This document shows positions 35,247 to 47,949 of a stretch of DNA of 64,000 nt, piece after piece. Below the pieces are notes generated by a model that worked only from the letters and a program-made list of their open reading frames with translations, had not been told where the DNA came from and made no database searches. Both the position numbers and the translations under genes were made by a program. The first letter of the stretch is position 1. Each line of letters starts with the position of its first letter. Source of the stretch: Rhynchobatus australiae (Eukaryota); the NCBI GenBank assembly GCA_034780895.1, contig JAUZTB010000135.1, forward strand, positions 82,589,876 through 82,653,875. The letters run 5' to 3'.

Positions 35247-38200
35247 GTAAGAAAATGAGTTCTGATCATTCACATGCATTCAATATTTAGTGCTTCAAAA
35301 GACAATATTTTGTGATGGCTGTGTTTCCAAATAACAGAATTGAAAACAATTATGTAACTAATTAAGTCAACCAATATAATCCAGACCATTATGGCTACAA
35401 CCTTAAAATACAAGCTGAATGTGAATAGAAAAATATAACAAATTCATCGAAAGCACATGTTAAATTAGAAACAAAATAAATTTAAATTGAGGACATTGTT
35501 TCCAAGGCTATGCAATTTTAATTGATTGGTTAATGCTATTTATTGAAAAGTTTTTCAAATTGATGATTATTGAGTTGTTTTTTTTCCATTAATTGGTCAT
35601 GTATATCTCTGTGTCCATGCAACTTATTGACAGTTTTGTAAAAGTAAAACAATGCGTCCCAACAGAGTGAAAGTAACATGGTTAATAATGAGGAATAAAT
35701 GTACAGGTATAGTCATGGTCAATGAATTATTCGCTCAAAGAAACAGTGGGAAAAATGGTCTCACTTTGCAGCCTTTGCTTTTACGGGTTAAAAAAATCGA
35801 TCTCGAGAGAGAGGTGGCCTGTATTAGGTGATATTACTGCATTATTAGTGATAGTGGTCCTAATATTTTCACACTTGATTCCCTTCCTCACTTTGATAAG
35901 TTGATTAGCAAGTTTATGTGATGTTGGTTGGGTGTTAGCTCACTGTACATCTCTTAGATGTTGTTCTTTCACAACAGGATGTGATTGTGAAGCCAAACAT
36001 TTTTAGAATCAATGAATGAAGCTGGGCACGAAACACGGTTTGACAAAGAATTTGATTGATGAATTTCGGATGTGGTTGTTGTGATGGACATTCCTAATTA
36101 TACTTCAGAAAAGGAGTACTTGATAGGTGTGGCTGAAATCTTGCAGCTTTTTGGACTCTGAGACCAAGACATTAACAGTTATGCAGAAAAGTAGCTCTTT
36201 GGAATGCTGACATTAACAAGTCACACCAAAGAGTCATGAAATGATTAATAACTTGAAAGGCCATTGCTATTTCAACATGTTTATTTGACATCACGAGTTG
36301 ACCTTCCTGAGGGCTGAATGCTCAGTTGAAAGTGTGATGTTGTTGATGCTCACTGATATTTAAGAATCTTGCCAAGCTGGAAACATGTGACTTTGATGGG
36401 CCTGTTTTGTAAAGTAAATTTGGTCTTTCTTGCATGATGGTTTTTTAAAAAAAAACAAATATTGAGGTGATCAGTTGTTGTCAATCGGCTTCTCTTTGAA
36501 ATAGGTTTCCTGCTAATGTTGGTGTTTTCATCTGAGCATTGATCGAGTTGTCTAGATTTACAAAACTTTCAAACTTTAGTAAATGATTGACAACATTCAA
36601 ATTTATTTTGAAAAATTGTTTTGTGTAGAAGATTAAAATTCAGAATATATTAGGCACTTGCCAACACTATTAATCATCTTTGACATGCAGAGAATATACA
36701 GTAATTATAGAATCCATTCTTCAGATCTTATCTGTGTATTCACGTAGGACACCCACTAATAGCAAGAGTTATTTAACATTCAGCTGGAATACTATGAATA
36801 TTTGATAGATGTGAAGGTGAGAACAGAATCCTATATTTAATTAGTAAAGTAACAAGGTTACGAAATGAAGAAAAAACGACTAGGGGTTAAAAAAAGGAAA
36901 TTTTTGAATGTTACATAACAAAAGTTTTTTAACCAGTAATGGATCTGCTGGTTTTCCATGAAGGTGCTTTGTTCTCCTTAGAAATCAGTATGTTTGATGT
37001 TGCTGAAAAGGTTTTAGAATCATGTTTGGTCAGCACAACCTAAAGAGTTATTACAGGTTTATTGACACACAACAGCTGCAAATATCTCTTCCATTTTATT
37101 GATTCTGCTATTATTTTCCTAGCATTGTGGCTAGAACAATCTTGACAAGCTGAACCCAGAAGGCATAACCGTCATGCCAATTATGTGACATATGATTTTT
37201 TTAAAATTTCAGAGCCACAGTAGACTGGTATTACAGTGTTAGGTTTTAAGCAGGGCCCTTGGGAATTGATAGAAATGGAAAATGGAATTCTTCACAAATG
37301 TTTTTTTTAATTCTCAGCAGAAACATTCAGAAACAGTGACAGTTCAAAATAATTGTGCACACAAAATATGTGCAATAAAATCTGCAAATAGGGACCTCGG
37401 ATTTTATCAGAGCATAATACTTCAGGGAATTGTTGTTAGTCTAAAGTATACCCTGGCAACCATGTGGAATGGCTGCTGCTTGGATTTGAGAACATTTCTT
37501 CCAAGTGAAAACACTTGTATAATGCTCAGGGTGAACAGGCAAAATCCTTGCAGATAGCATTACTGATCGTAGGTCAGACCTTCTATGGGCAAATTGGAAG
37601 CTGTTCTTTTTTAATCCCGTTATCCTATTGAGTTTGGTTGTGTCTGTATCAAAAGGCAACAGGTATTGAATTGAAAAGAAAACATTGTAATTCAATTTCC
37701 CCTTAAAGATTCTAGCCTGGATAGGAACTCATGATCATCTTAAAGAGATTGCTCACTAAACATACTCAGCAAAATTTGTCCCAAATACGATTTGTCCAGA
37801 TAGTCTGAGGCACAGACTTTGAAGCTTTCTTTCAACTTTCTATTTGAAAATCTTTTGAAGCAACCTTCATGGACACCTGAATTGCATAGTCTGATGTGAT
37901 TTTCAGTGCAACTCTGAAAAGTGCAAGCATCAAATGTGACATTAGGTGATTGTATAAAATAGATGATTATCATATCATCTCCTGTTTGTGAATTCCATTA
38001 ATTTTACAGATAGTGGATGAATCAATATTATCCTTTTATCCTCTAATGCATGGCTGAAACTACCTATTATTCAAATCTTTAGACATTCTCAACATAATGT
38101 GCTATGAAGTTCCACAAAACCACATTCCCATAATTTTGATAAAATTCACTCAACAAACATTGACAGTATTTCACCTGGTAAAATTCAGAAATAACCCAAC

Positions 38201-39962
38201 ATGCTCCACAAGGATGCCTCTTCATACAGTCTCAACAGACTCCAAAAGGAACATGACAGGAAGAGGTTCCCTTAGAAGACAGGGGTCTGCAGATTCCGAA
38301 GAATTCCCTTAGGATTCATCCTCAGAGGTGTTGCACTTGCAAGAGTTTACACCTCCTGACTGTCGTGTGGCATTCAATGCAAATCCAATGTAATTGTTTT
38401 CTTTTTAATTTGGTGTATGCTGACTTTATCAATGTGCAGTCAAATACAAGATGATATTATTAAAAATCTGTCTGTCTGACATCTCTTGACTGTCCTTTTA
38501 AAAACTAATTGCCAAGGACAGTAATACTGCTGGAAATACTCCCACTCCCCAAAATCAACCTACATCTGAGTATAAATGTACTCCAAGCTGATTATGAACA
38601 GGCTTCTGCCAAGAGTATTCAAGAAAAACATCCATGAACCCAATCTGGGGTATTTTCTCCTCAGTACATTCCATAAAGATTTCCCATTGACACAGCACAG
38701 CCCACAAAAATGTCCCTTCTGACACACCCTGTGAACAATTCCTCTTCAATGCACTCCAGATTTATTTCTTCTTAGAAGCACTTGAGGATCTCCCTTCATG
38801 TAAATTCCAAAAGGGTTGCCCGTTAGTGAACACAATGATAGAATTTCTCCTTGGAGGTACTTCATGAGCATTTCCCATTGTATTAAGGGAGCTTGATTTA
38901 AATTTTCAGTAAGAGTCCCATCTCTTCCCTTGGAAATCATTCACACACCTCAATAGTCACCACTGTATATAATAAAAAAAAGATTTGCCTTAGAATCCCT
39001 TGCCCTATATTTATCACTTTCACCTGGCAACTGCAACCCCCTTTTCTCCATCGGAGAGTTTTATTGTCAAGGACAATGTATCCAAGGGAACTCCTCAGTA
39101 CCAGTTAATGCTTTCAGGAGAGGAGTAAATTGACAAATAAGATTACTTATTTCTGTATCTCTTTTATTTTCATCTTCTGGTTCTAATGCTTTTCCTAGTT
39201 CTATCAACTATGTGCCAGGTAAAAAGGCTGACTGACAACGTATTTCACAATTGTTGGTCCCACACTTCTGTAACTAAGATACACCAAGGATAGCCTGGGG
39301 GCAATTTTAATTTCCTGTGGTAAGCACATGTTTTCCTTTCTGCATTTGATATCTCAGTCAAGATTGGGAGTTTACTGTGTGGAAAATTGCAGACATGAAT
39401 CCAAGCCTACTAGTTAGTCATATGGCATTGTACAGTCATGCACAGTATCTTCTTGCCCTTATTTTTATCAGTAACCAAATGTTATTTACCAAATTAAATT
39501 TATTTAATTGATATGTTTTGACAAAAGTTGCGCTTAGTAAATTTTACTCTGATAAAATGGTAAAGGTGCACACGGAGCAAATGTGAAAACTTTTGTACAT
39601 ACAGTAAGGATTTGTGTGCACACTTTGCCAATCAAAAGTTCTCATCTATGCTGAAATGTTCTACTTTTGTTTAAATGTAATCCATGATATACTATGCATT
39701 GAAAATGAATGTAAACCATCAAGTCTTCTGGCAATAATTATAAAGCATTAAACATGGAACCAATGAAGTAAGAAAACAAGCAATACATTATAATTCTTAA
39801 AAAAAAAAGTGGCACTTCAATCCAAAGAAATCAAAGGCTCTACCATTCTACAGATGGAAAACCCGTTTTAGTCATGATTGGGAAAGGGGGTGGTATGGGA
39901 GATGATGGGGAAACTCTGCCACCTGTTTTCTGTTAACTCCATTTTCTGAAGAGCATGCCCAC

Positions 39963-40005
39963 CATGCGTGCACACGTGCGCGTGCGTGTGTGTGTACGTG
40001 CATGC
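39963..40005. repeat. 43-nt perfect alternating purine-pyrimidine tract
   Basis: catgcgtgcacacgtgcgcgtgcgtgtgtgtgtacgtgcatgc. Confidence 0.9.
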
Positions 40006-40569
40006 TTGTGTTTCTGTTGAACATCGTGGTACGATTATCAAAGTTGAACACAATCAAAAGCTCTGCAGTATTTTCTCCAAACGGCAGGTGTGCAATCTTG
40101 CAGCTGGAGCAGAGGTGGGATGACAGAACCTTGTGCAACACAACCTGGGGAAAACTGACTGACATTTCAGAGTTCCCTAACACAGTATAGGCAACTAAAC
40201 CATACATGAAAGAAAAAAATCCCAAACAATTTGAAAATAGACCTCATTGCAAAAGACAATTTAAATCCTGTCGGAAGGAGTTGTATGTACTTAGCCTCTG
40301 ACTGGCAGACTTTATTCCTGCAACAAATGATGTGATACTTTGGTGCACAGACGCAATGTGGCGTTTACTCTTTGTATCTGAGACTACATTTTGAAATCTT
40401 GCATTTGGTCACTAACTGACTCTGTTTGGATCAAAGGAGACATCTAAAATGGTGGAAAGATTAGGCATCTGCAAAGTTTGCTAAGTGCTCCAAATTCTGC
40501 CATGTCAACTCACTAAAATGGCATTTTGAGATTAAATATTTATTTGTTCTGCATTTAGGCCGGATAGTA

Positions 40570-41720
40570 TAACTTAACCAACAGTGGTTAGAATACTAGG
40601 GACTATTCTGGTGGTTGTTGGTGATTGCCTGGCACTGTCGCGCCATTATTACTTACCACATGAGCCTGAATATTGATTGGGTCATGCTGCATGCATAAGT
40701 TGCTTCGTACCTGAGGGATGAAAGCTGTGCAGTGATCAACAAAGATCCACACTATTGTCCTATATGTTAGAGGGAAGGTCATTTCTGAAGCAGCTGAAGA
40801 TGTTTGGGCATAGGAGACTGTTTTTGTGAACTCCTATTGTGGTGTGAAAGCATTTGTCCCATTAACCACAACCATCTTGTTTTGTGATTAGGAATGACTC
40901 CGGTGAAAACTTTCTTCTTAATTTCCATTTACCCATTCTTTGATGTGACATACTAATATTTTTAAATTTGTTGTCAACAGTGGTTATTATCATTGAATCT
41001 GGGAAAAACTGGCAGACATTTTAGAGTTCTGGAATTCAAAATGTTTTTTTCAGTTTTCAACCATGGTGACGTGGCCTCTCAAAGCAATGGATCGCAAGAC
41101 TTTGTGTCCATAGGATTGTAATATTGTCGTGGTTAGCTATAGCTTGAGGCTACAGCAGATAGATTGGTTAAAGCATGGCCAGTAAAGTAGCCAATTCCTT
41201 CCAGGCTCGGCCACCTTGGTCAGTGGCCCAAGCCATTCTTGGTCTTGGGTTTAACATTAAAGTCCTCCAATTTGGAGTGCATTCTGTTCTCTTTCTGCCT
41301 TTGATGTTTCTTCTGAATATGTTCAGTGTGGGGGATTACTGATTATTAGCTGAGGGAGAGCAGTTGGTGGTAATTATCATTGGGTCTCATTGTCCATGGT
41401 GCCATGTCAATCTTAGGCATCTCCAGGGATAATCCCTCCTATCTGGAAACCACTGTATCACCTCTTGTACTGGGTGTGTCCTTCCAATCAGACATGGTGT
41501 AACCAGGAATGGTGATGAAGAAATCTGAGAAAAGGATTGAAAGGTGTATGATGCTGTGAGCATGACTACAGTCAAACTGTTGCTTTGCCTGTCAGTTAGG
41601 TCAACATCTGGAAAGTCGTCACAAATTATTAGACGTTTGCGAGGAAGTCTTCACAAGTTCGATTGTGTCTTTGGTGAATCTAAATCCAGTGCTGAGGTTA
41701 ATGTCAGATGGTTCATTTGG
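40570..41720 (-). mobile_element. Highly decayed old LINE (RT and endonuclease remnants)
   Basis: gagggaaggtcatttctgaagcagctgaagatgtttgggcataggagactg is the minus-strand (VPQG)SVLGPTIFSCFINDLPS RT motif; it recurs at ~57210-57290 and ~61520-61590. Confidence 0.6.
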
Positions 41721-41779
41721 GTTTAGTTTGTAAAGTTTTGTCATTATGATTTGTTATAGTGATGACTTGCTTGGGGGCA

Positions 41780-42170
41780 GCTATTTGTGTGCCAAATCAC
41801 AAATAGCTAAGATCAGGTAAGGTAGCACATTTCCTTCCTAAACTACATCAGTGATCCATATGGGGTATTACATTTTGATGAAAGGTCATTGACTTGAAGC
41901 ATCTCTCCACAGATGCTGCCTGACCTTCTGAGTATTTCCAGTTTTTTTTTTGCTGCTTCAGATTTGCAGCATCTGCAGTATTTTGCTTATGGGCTTTTAT
42001 GACAATCTGGAGGTTTCCTGGTTATCATTACTGAATCTCACCTTTTATTCCAAATGCCTAAGTTTAGTAAAGTGACTGAATATAACTTGCTCTGCTACCA
42101 TGGTGAGATTTGAACTATTGTGTCTACTTTCTAGTCCAGGTGTCTGAGTTACTAGAATCATACACTTCAG
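41780..42170 (-). mobile_element. tRNA-head SINE-like element, interrupted by a Penelope remnant
   Basis: Minus-strand B-box-like GTTCAAATCTCAC at 42103-42115; body aligns by eye with 50080-50280. Confidence 0.55.
41875..41990 (+). mobile_element. Penelope-like terminal-repeat remnant with degenerate hammerhead core
   Basis: ttgatga-aaggtcattgactt-gaagc...ctctccacagatgctgcctgaccttctgagtatttccag. Confidence 0.7.
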
Positions 42171-42199
42171 CCAGTGCTTGAGAATCCACATGTATCACA

Positions 42200-43520
42200 A
42201 GCAGGGAGACCCAGAAGAGGAAGCAGCACAGTGGTGTACATTCAAAAGGATGTAGCCCTGTGAACACATGCCATTGACCCTAGCCTCCATAGTCTCTCAT
42301 GATATTAAATCAAACATGGGCAGGTAAACCTCTAATTTCTGCCTACTGTCCTTTTTGAGTAGATAAGTTAGTATTCTTTCAAGATGAGCAACACTGAGGC
42401 TGGAAAGGCCATAAATGAACTCCAGGTGGGGGGTCTTCCCTGTCCATCTTCAATAGTGACTTAGTATTATTTAGTAGAATGGGCTGGCAGAATCTTGAAG
42501 GGTGTGACTGGGCCTGTACCAAGCGGTAAGCGAACCAACAAATGTGGTAGAAAACCAATTTAATCTCATCCTTGCTGATCTACCTTTTGCAGATGCCTAG
42601 GAAAGATTTGATAGAATTGACCACTGCCTATTCATTATGGTCACCCCTTTATTGTATTGTTGAGCCAAGTGGGACAGATTGAAAACATAAAGGCAGAAAA
42701 TGTTGGAAGTAGCAGATCGGATGGCATCTCTGAAGAATAAAGCTCAACAGAAGTTGACTGAACTGCTGTGAATTTCCAACACTTTATGTTTTTATTTCAA
42801 AATTCCAACTTCCATTATTTTGCTTCAGATTAGAAACAGATGTGTCAATTCAAAACTGGGTATTCATTAGGCACTGGGTGGCTGTACAATTGTATACCAG
42901 CACTATCATGGTCCAACATATTGCTTACTCTGCTGGACCAGGAAATTGCTGCAGCCCATGAGAAATGTAGATAAGACTGGTAGGAGCAGTACAGAGTGTA
43001 CCCAAGAAAGTGAAGCTTTATATGGGACTTGTTAAACAGTAGGAGTAACAGGTTTTATGACCAGGGTTTTGATATTTCACAACCAATGTATCACATCTAA
43101 AGTTTGCAATTCTGCTACATCTAGTCTTGAGTGGCATTGGGCAATTAAGTTCCTAATGGGAGGATTCCCCATGAATATCCATCCTCAAAGGTGGTGCTGC
43201 CCAGCTTGACTGTATAAAGCAAGACTGAAGTGTTTGCACCCAGTCTCAGTGGGAGTTCCCAACCATCACAGATCCCATCCTTCAGCCAGCTGAGTTGTGT
43301 GAGATCAAGAAACAACACAGCGCATTGAATGTAGCAAAAGGTATGGTCGATGAAAGCATCCCAGCTTTGACGCTCAGAACCAGCTGTGCCTTGGAGCCAA
43401 GCTGCCCCATTACAGCTGCAATACAAGCACTTATCCAACAAACTGAAAAGTTTCCCANNNNNNNNNNGACAACACAATTCAAGCCAAGTACCACCCTGTC
43501 AGTCGACTCTCAATCATCAA
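42200..43520 (+). mobile_element. Old LINE ORF remnant (endonuclease to RT N-terminus), interrupted at ~42680-42830 by a Penelope-like palindromic remnant
   Basis: Remnants of IKHGQGNL, EPT...NL.DLIL.DLP..DA, and IKK...ALNVAKGMVDESIPALTLRTSCALE (ORF 43295-43561), matching ALDTREAMGPDNIPGGVLKTCTLELA in ORF 57533-57790. Confidence 0.65.
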
Positions 43521-46500
43521 CATGCCAGTCCTCAGAATGCATAGTTGGACTACTTGTGTAAATGTTCCTCTGGATGATGAGGCTGCCAACTATTGACTGA
43601 CCCAAATATTTTTACCCTGCAACAGTTTAAAAAATAAAAACTTAAATAGTACTCCATGTACTTCAGGAAGTACTTAACAACTTTGAGCTGGGGAAGTGGA
43701 TGATTATTCTGCCAGTCTTATTTTACAATGCTATCATGAAATCAAAGTTTCGTAAAGGCCAGCTGACCTGTGACTTCTGTGTCAGTGCCACATTTTATAT
43801 GACCAGCCTGGCCCTGTTAGCTGAATCTGCTCACTATTATAGGTAGCAGAGTTACTAACCCTGAATAGATTTTGAATGGAAATTCAATGTTACAAAACAC
43901 TCTGTCGCCAAGTCNNNNNNNNNNNNNNNNNNNNNNNNNNNNNNNNNNNNNNNNNNNNNNNNNNNNNNNNNNNNNNNNNNNNNNNNNNNNNNNNNNNNNN
44001 NNNNNNNNNNNNNNGCCAAGTCACAATTTGAGTTCTTTCAGTCGTGAAAACGTCATCAATGACTGACTTGGCTTGATAGAAATTAGAGGTTGTGGGGGGG
44101 AGGGAGATAGAATTTTTGAGCCACTGCTAAAAATGGACATTTTAGCTGCTTTTTAAAGGTCTTACTAAATTGCAAACATGCCAGTGTTAAGGCTACACTA
44201 GTAACATTTCTTGAATGGGTTCTTTCAGAGCAAATGGAAAAATTCTAGTGGTTCTGAGTTACAGTACAATTAAACAAAATTATTTGCACGTAAGACTTTC
44301 TGAACCCTACACAGAGAGATTTTATGTGTATTGTATATTGACACATGGCCTGGTTTAGTCGCACACTGACTTGGTGTATTGCACCTGTTCTTTGATGGGT
44401 GAGGTGCTGTTTCTTTTTTAAATACTGCATACAGACTATTTAGAGCAGTAGCCAGTAAATCATGAAACAGACATAGATATTGAATCAGAGGGTCTGCTTC
44501 CCAAAGCCACATTCTATGGTAATGCAGTGAATCAGGATACATTATTTTCAGAGTTTGAAATGACTCATGTCTTTTTCCATGTATATTTGAGAGGTGCATT
44601 TAATCATTATCCTGCATTCCTTATTTGTTGGTTCCGTAAGATGATTATTTGTAGTGTTAATTTAAAAAATGCAAAATAAAGCTTTTCATTGCACTAGTTT
44701 AAAATTAAGAATTAATAAAATAATCTTTGAGAAACATCTGTGTTTCTGCGATCAAATTACATCTTATTGATTAACAATACAGGTTAAATTATGTTATGAT
44801 GGAGCAGGTTCGATCAAATTGCTTGTTTTACTTCAGTCTGTATATTGTGGAGAGGACAGCGCTGAAAGATGGCAAAAGGCCAATTCAACGGCTGAAGTTT
44901 CACAGATCACAAAATATTTGGAAGAGTAACATCGTATTTCATCCATTCAGGGAGACCCTTTGATCACAGCAGCTAATTTTTTTTTAAATGGTTTCAGGAT
45001 TTTTGCCTCTTCCATTATATCTGGAAAGTCTACTTCATATGTTGATCAATCAAAGACTTTGATTGTTCGTTCCAAAATTACTTTTTACCAGTTTGTGCAT
45101 GCTCAACAGCATAAAGTAATACTTTTTCTATACCCCTTACAATCCAATATGTATTTTTAAGAGCAGCTCAGAAACATATTTTCTTCCTATGCTGAAGCCC
45201 CCAGCTTCCCAACCTTTCATCGTAACTGAGATATCTGGACTCCACTCATTCCAATGGTTGGGGGTCCCCTTTGCACTAAAACTGGATTTAATATTCAAGC
45301 TGCAAATGTGGTTCTCCTGCTAGGATTGACTTTTATATGCTCATGTTTGCACCATGGAATTTAATTGCTGCTATGCACTGGCAAGAATAGTGCAATGTCT
45401 TCAAAGACAAAGCTGAACTCTCTACTCTACCAGCTTCATCTTTGGCATACTTAATTTCAACATACTTATTTCAACATACTTAATGGACAATACTTGTCTG
45501 TTTATTTTTCCCTTCTATGTACAGTCCAGTTGGCTGCATCAATTATCTCTCCATATGAATACTTTGCCTGGATTCAGGAATCTAATGCAATCAAAGTAAT
45601 ATAGAATAAATATCAAACAAAGCTCTGGCTTGCAGACTTCTATTCACCCATTTCTGACAAAACTTTTTCGATAAGTATTAATTGAATATAAATACAGCAT
45701 TCTGTTGTTCATTCCCCCGTTTGGTCTACTTCACATCTGTTCAAAAATTTATTCTGAAATTTCACACCTGTGAGTTTAATTAATAGCTCTTGTATAACTT
45801 CATCAAAAGTCTTTTAGAAGTCGAGGTGTATCTTGTAGGACTTAACAGTGTTCTGGATTATAATTTCCTCACAGCATTGAGGCAAATTGGGTACACTGGA
45901 TCTTGCACCTCAGAATCTAAGCCAACTTTTGTTAATTAATAAGTCCACTATTGTTCACTTTTCCATGAAAATCATCTGCTATTTCTTCTCTCCTTTTTGC
46001 TTGTTCTGTGTTTTGCTCACTGGAGCCAATATTTTTCTTTTAACTTTACTGTAAGACAGTTCATAGAATTCACAGTTTGCTGCAATGCATTAAACTGGCT
46101 TAATGAAAAACTGATTTGCAGACGGTCTTTCCACATCTTTTGCATGATTTGCACACCTTCAGCAATTACTAACACCGTTTAAAATAAAAAAAATCCCTTT
46201 TAACCTGAACAACCTTTTTTCTTCAAAGTAAGCATTGAGCATTTTAGTGAAGATGTGTTTGATAGGATTTCCATGTGGGTTTACAAAAAAAAAACACCTT
46301 TTGATTCATTGTCATTCAGGCTGCAATAGTAATATTTCACTCATTACTCAGTAAAATGCACAATATGTGTTTTCATTTGTCTGTATCTGTGAGTAGTCAA
46401 GCCCTTGTTATAACATGCTAAAATCATTGGGTAGAACTCATTTGAAAACAGTCTGCTTTTAATACCTTCCAGATTACAGATAGACTGAGCTATGCTTTAA

Positions 46501-47949
46501 AATGCTAGGCTGAACCATTTTGTTTTTTTTAGCGTGAACCCACCAGGGAAAGCAAGGTGCATTGCAATGGTATGCTGTTCCTTCAATTTTGTTCCTTAAA
46601 ATTCAATCTAACCCAGACTGAGGGAGTGAGCATATTCTTCTATCAGTATAGTTCTGCTTGAATGAGTTTAGTCAATCATGCCATCAAACTATGTAGCACG
46701 CAGGACAATTTGGGCATGTCTTCTACATTGCTCAAGGCCAGAATCAACAGAAGGCGGTGAACAAATCTGCTGATGAGTTCAAGGATGGGAACCAGTGAAA
46801 TTATAGTAAGGTATTTCAGGAAATTCTTTCCTTTGTTACCATTTTACACCTCTTTCCATTCCATTCTCTTATTGTTGGGCTGGACATCACCAAAATGTGC
46901 TCTTCCAGAGATTCTTAGGGAAGTTGAGAAGGAATGGAGATGTAGTTTTGGGGTAAGGAAAGCCAGGTGCTGTTGCATTTAATGGGAGAATCAGATAAAC
47001 CATTATTTCTGCTTTTCAACCTAAGCCAGCCCGATTGAGAGGCACTGAGATTGTAACACATAGAGTTCAGTTGTTGAGGTAGACTTCGAGGCGTGCTGGG
47101 AAAGATTAGGGAATGGTTTTCATAAGGGTGCGATGAGAGATGGAGGTATCGAGGGTTCAATATGTAGGGTGGGGGTNNNNNNNNNNGTTGATGGAGGCCA
47201 GGGACGGGAATGGGTGAGGGTGGGAGAGAGGGTGGAGAGAGGTCTGAGAGACATTGGGCAACAAAGGGCAATGGGAGAGATCAGAGGCTGCCGGAGATTG
47301 ATGGGAGGGGAAGATCATTGATCAAGGAGGAGAATGACAGGGGAAGTGGGTGAGACCTTGGAAATGAAGGAAAAGGTTGCAGAGGAGGGGAGGGCTTTGT
47401 GACCTGTGTAGAACTTTGGGAGGGCATCTTGCCAATGGAAGATTACAATATGGTTTTCAGGTTTGCTTGGAGATCTTGGAGAGTTTCTTATGTTCCTCTT
47501 GTTTCAAGAGCAGGGCTGAAAAAAAAGTATTGACTGCTTTATTCGGCCAATCTGGTACCTCTTTAGCTGCTGAGTTTCCCATGGCCTTGTATATTTAAAA
47601 TTTTATTTGTGTGGCCCAAACTGACCATTTACTATTCTAACTTGTCTAATTTTGCATTTTCTCCAAACAAATATTGTCCATGCTCTAATAGCTTACACTT
47701 CATTTCCAGATTTTCTAGATTGTTTAGATTAGCATAATACACTTGATAATGTGCCACATCAGAAATTATTATTGTGGAAAATAGAAGCTCATGGTGCAGG
47801 GGGTAACATATTGATATGGACAAAAGAGGCGTATTTAAGACAATCAATATCATAAATGCGTCTCTTGGACGTCCTCTCTTGGATGTCCCCTCTTGGACAA
47901 GGTTACGTTCAGTTGCAATATTTTTCAGACAAGAACAGCCACTGGTTTT

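Noticed and set aside
38080-39120. C/A-skewed kilobase suggesting a decayed retroelement or pseudogene
   Set aside because: No recognisable protein motif or terminal structure; cannot be supported by eye.
47862-47898. 14-bp unit repeated ~2.6 times (ctcttggacgtcct)
   Set aside because: Ordinary short slippage duplication; same for the catactta/tttcaa repeat near 45447-45483.
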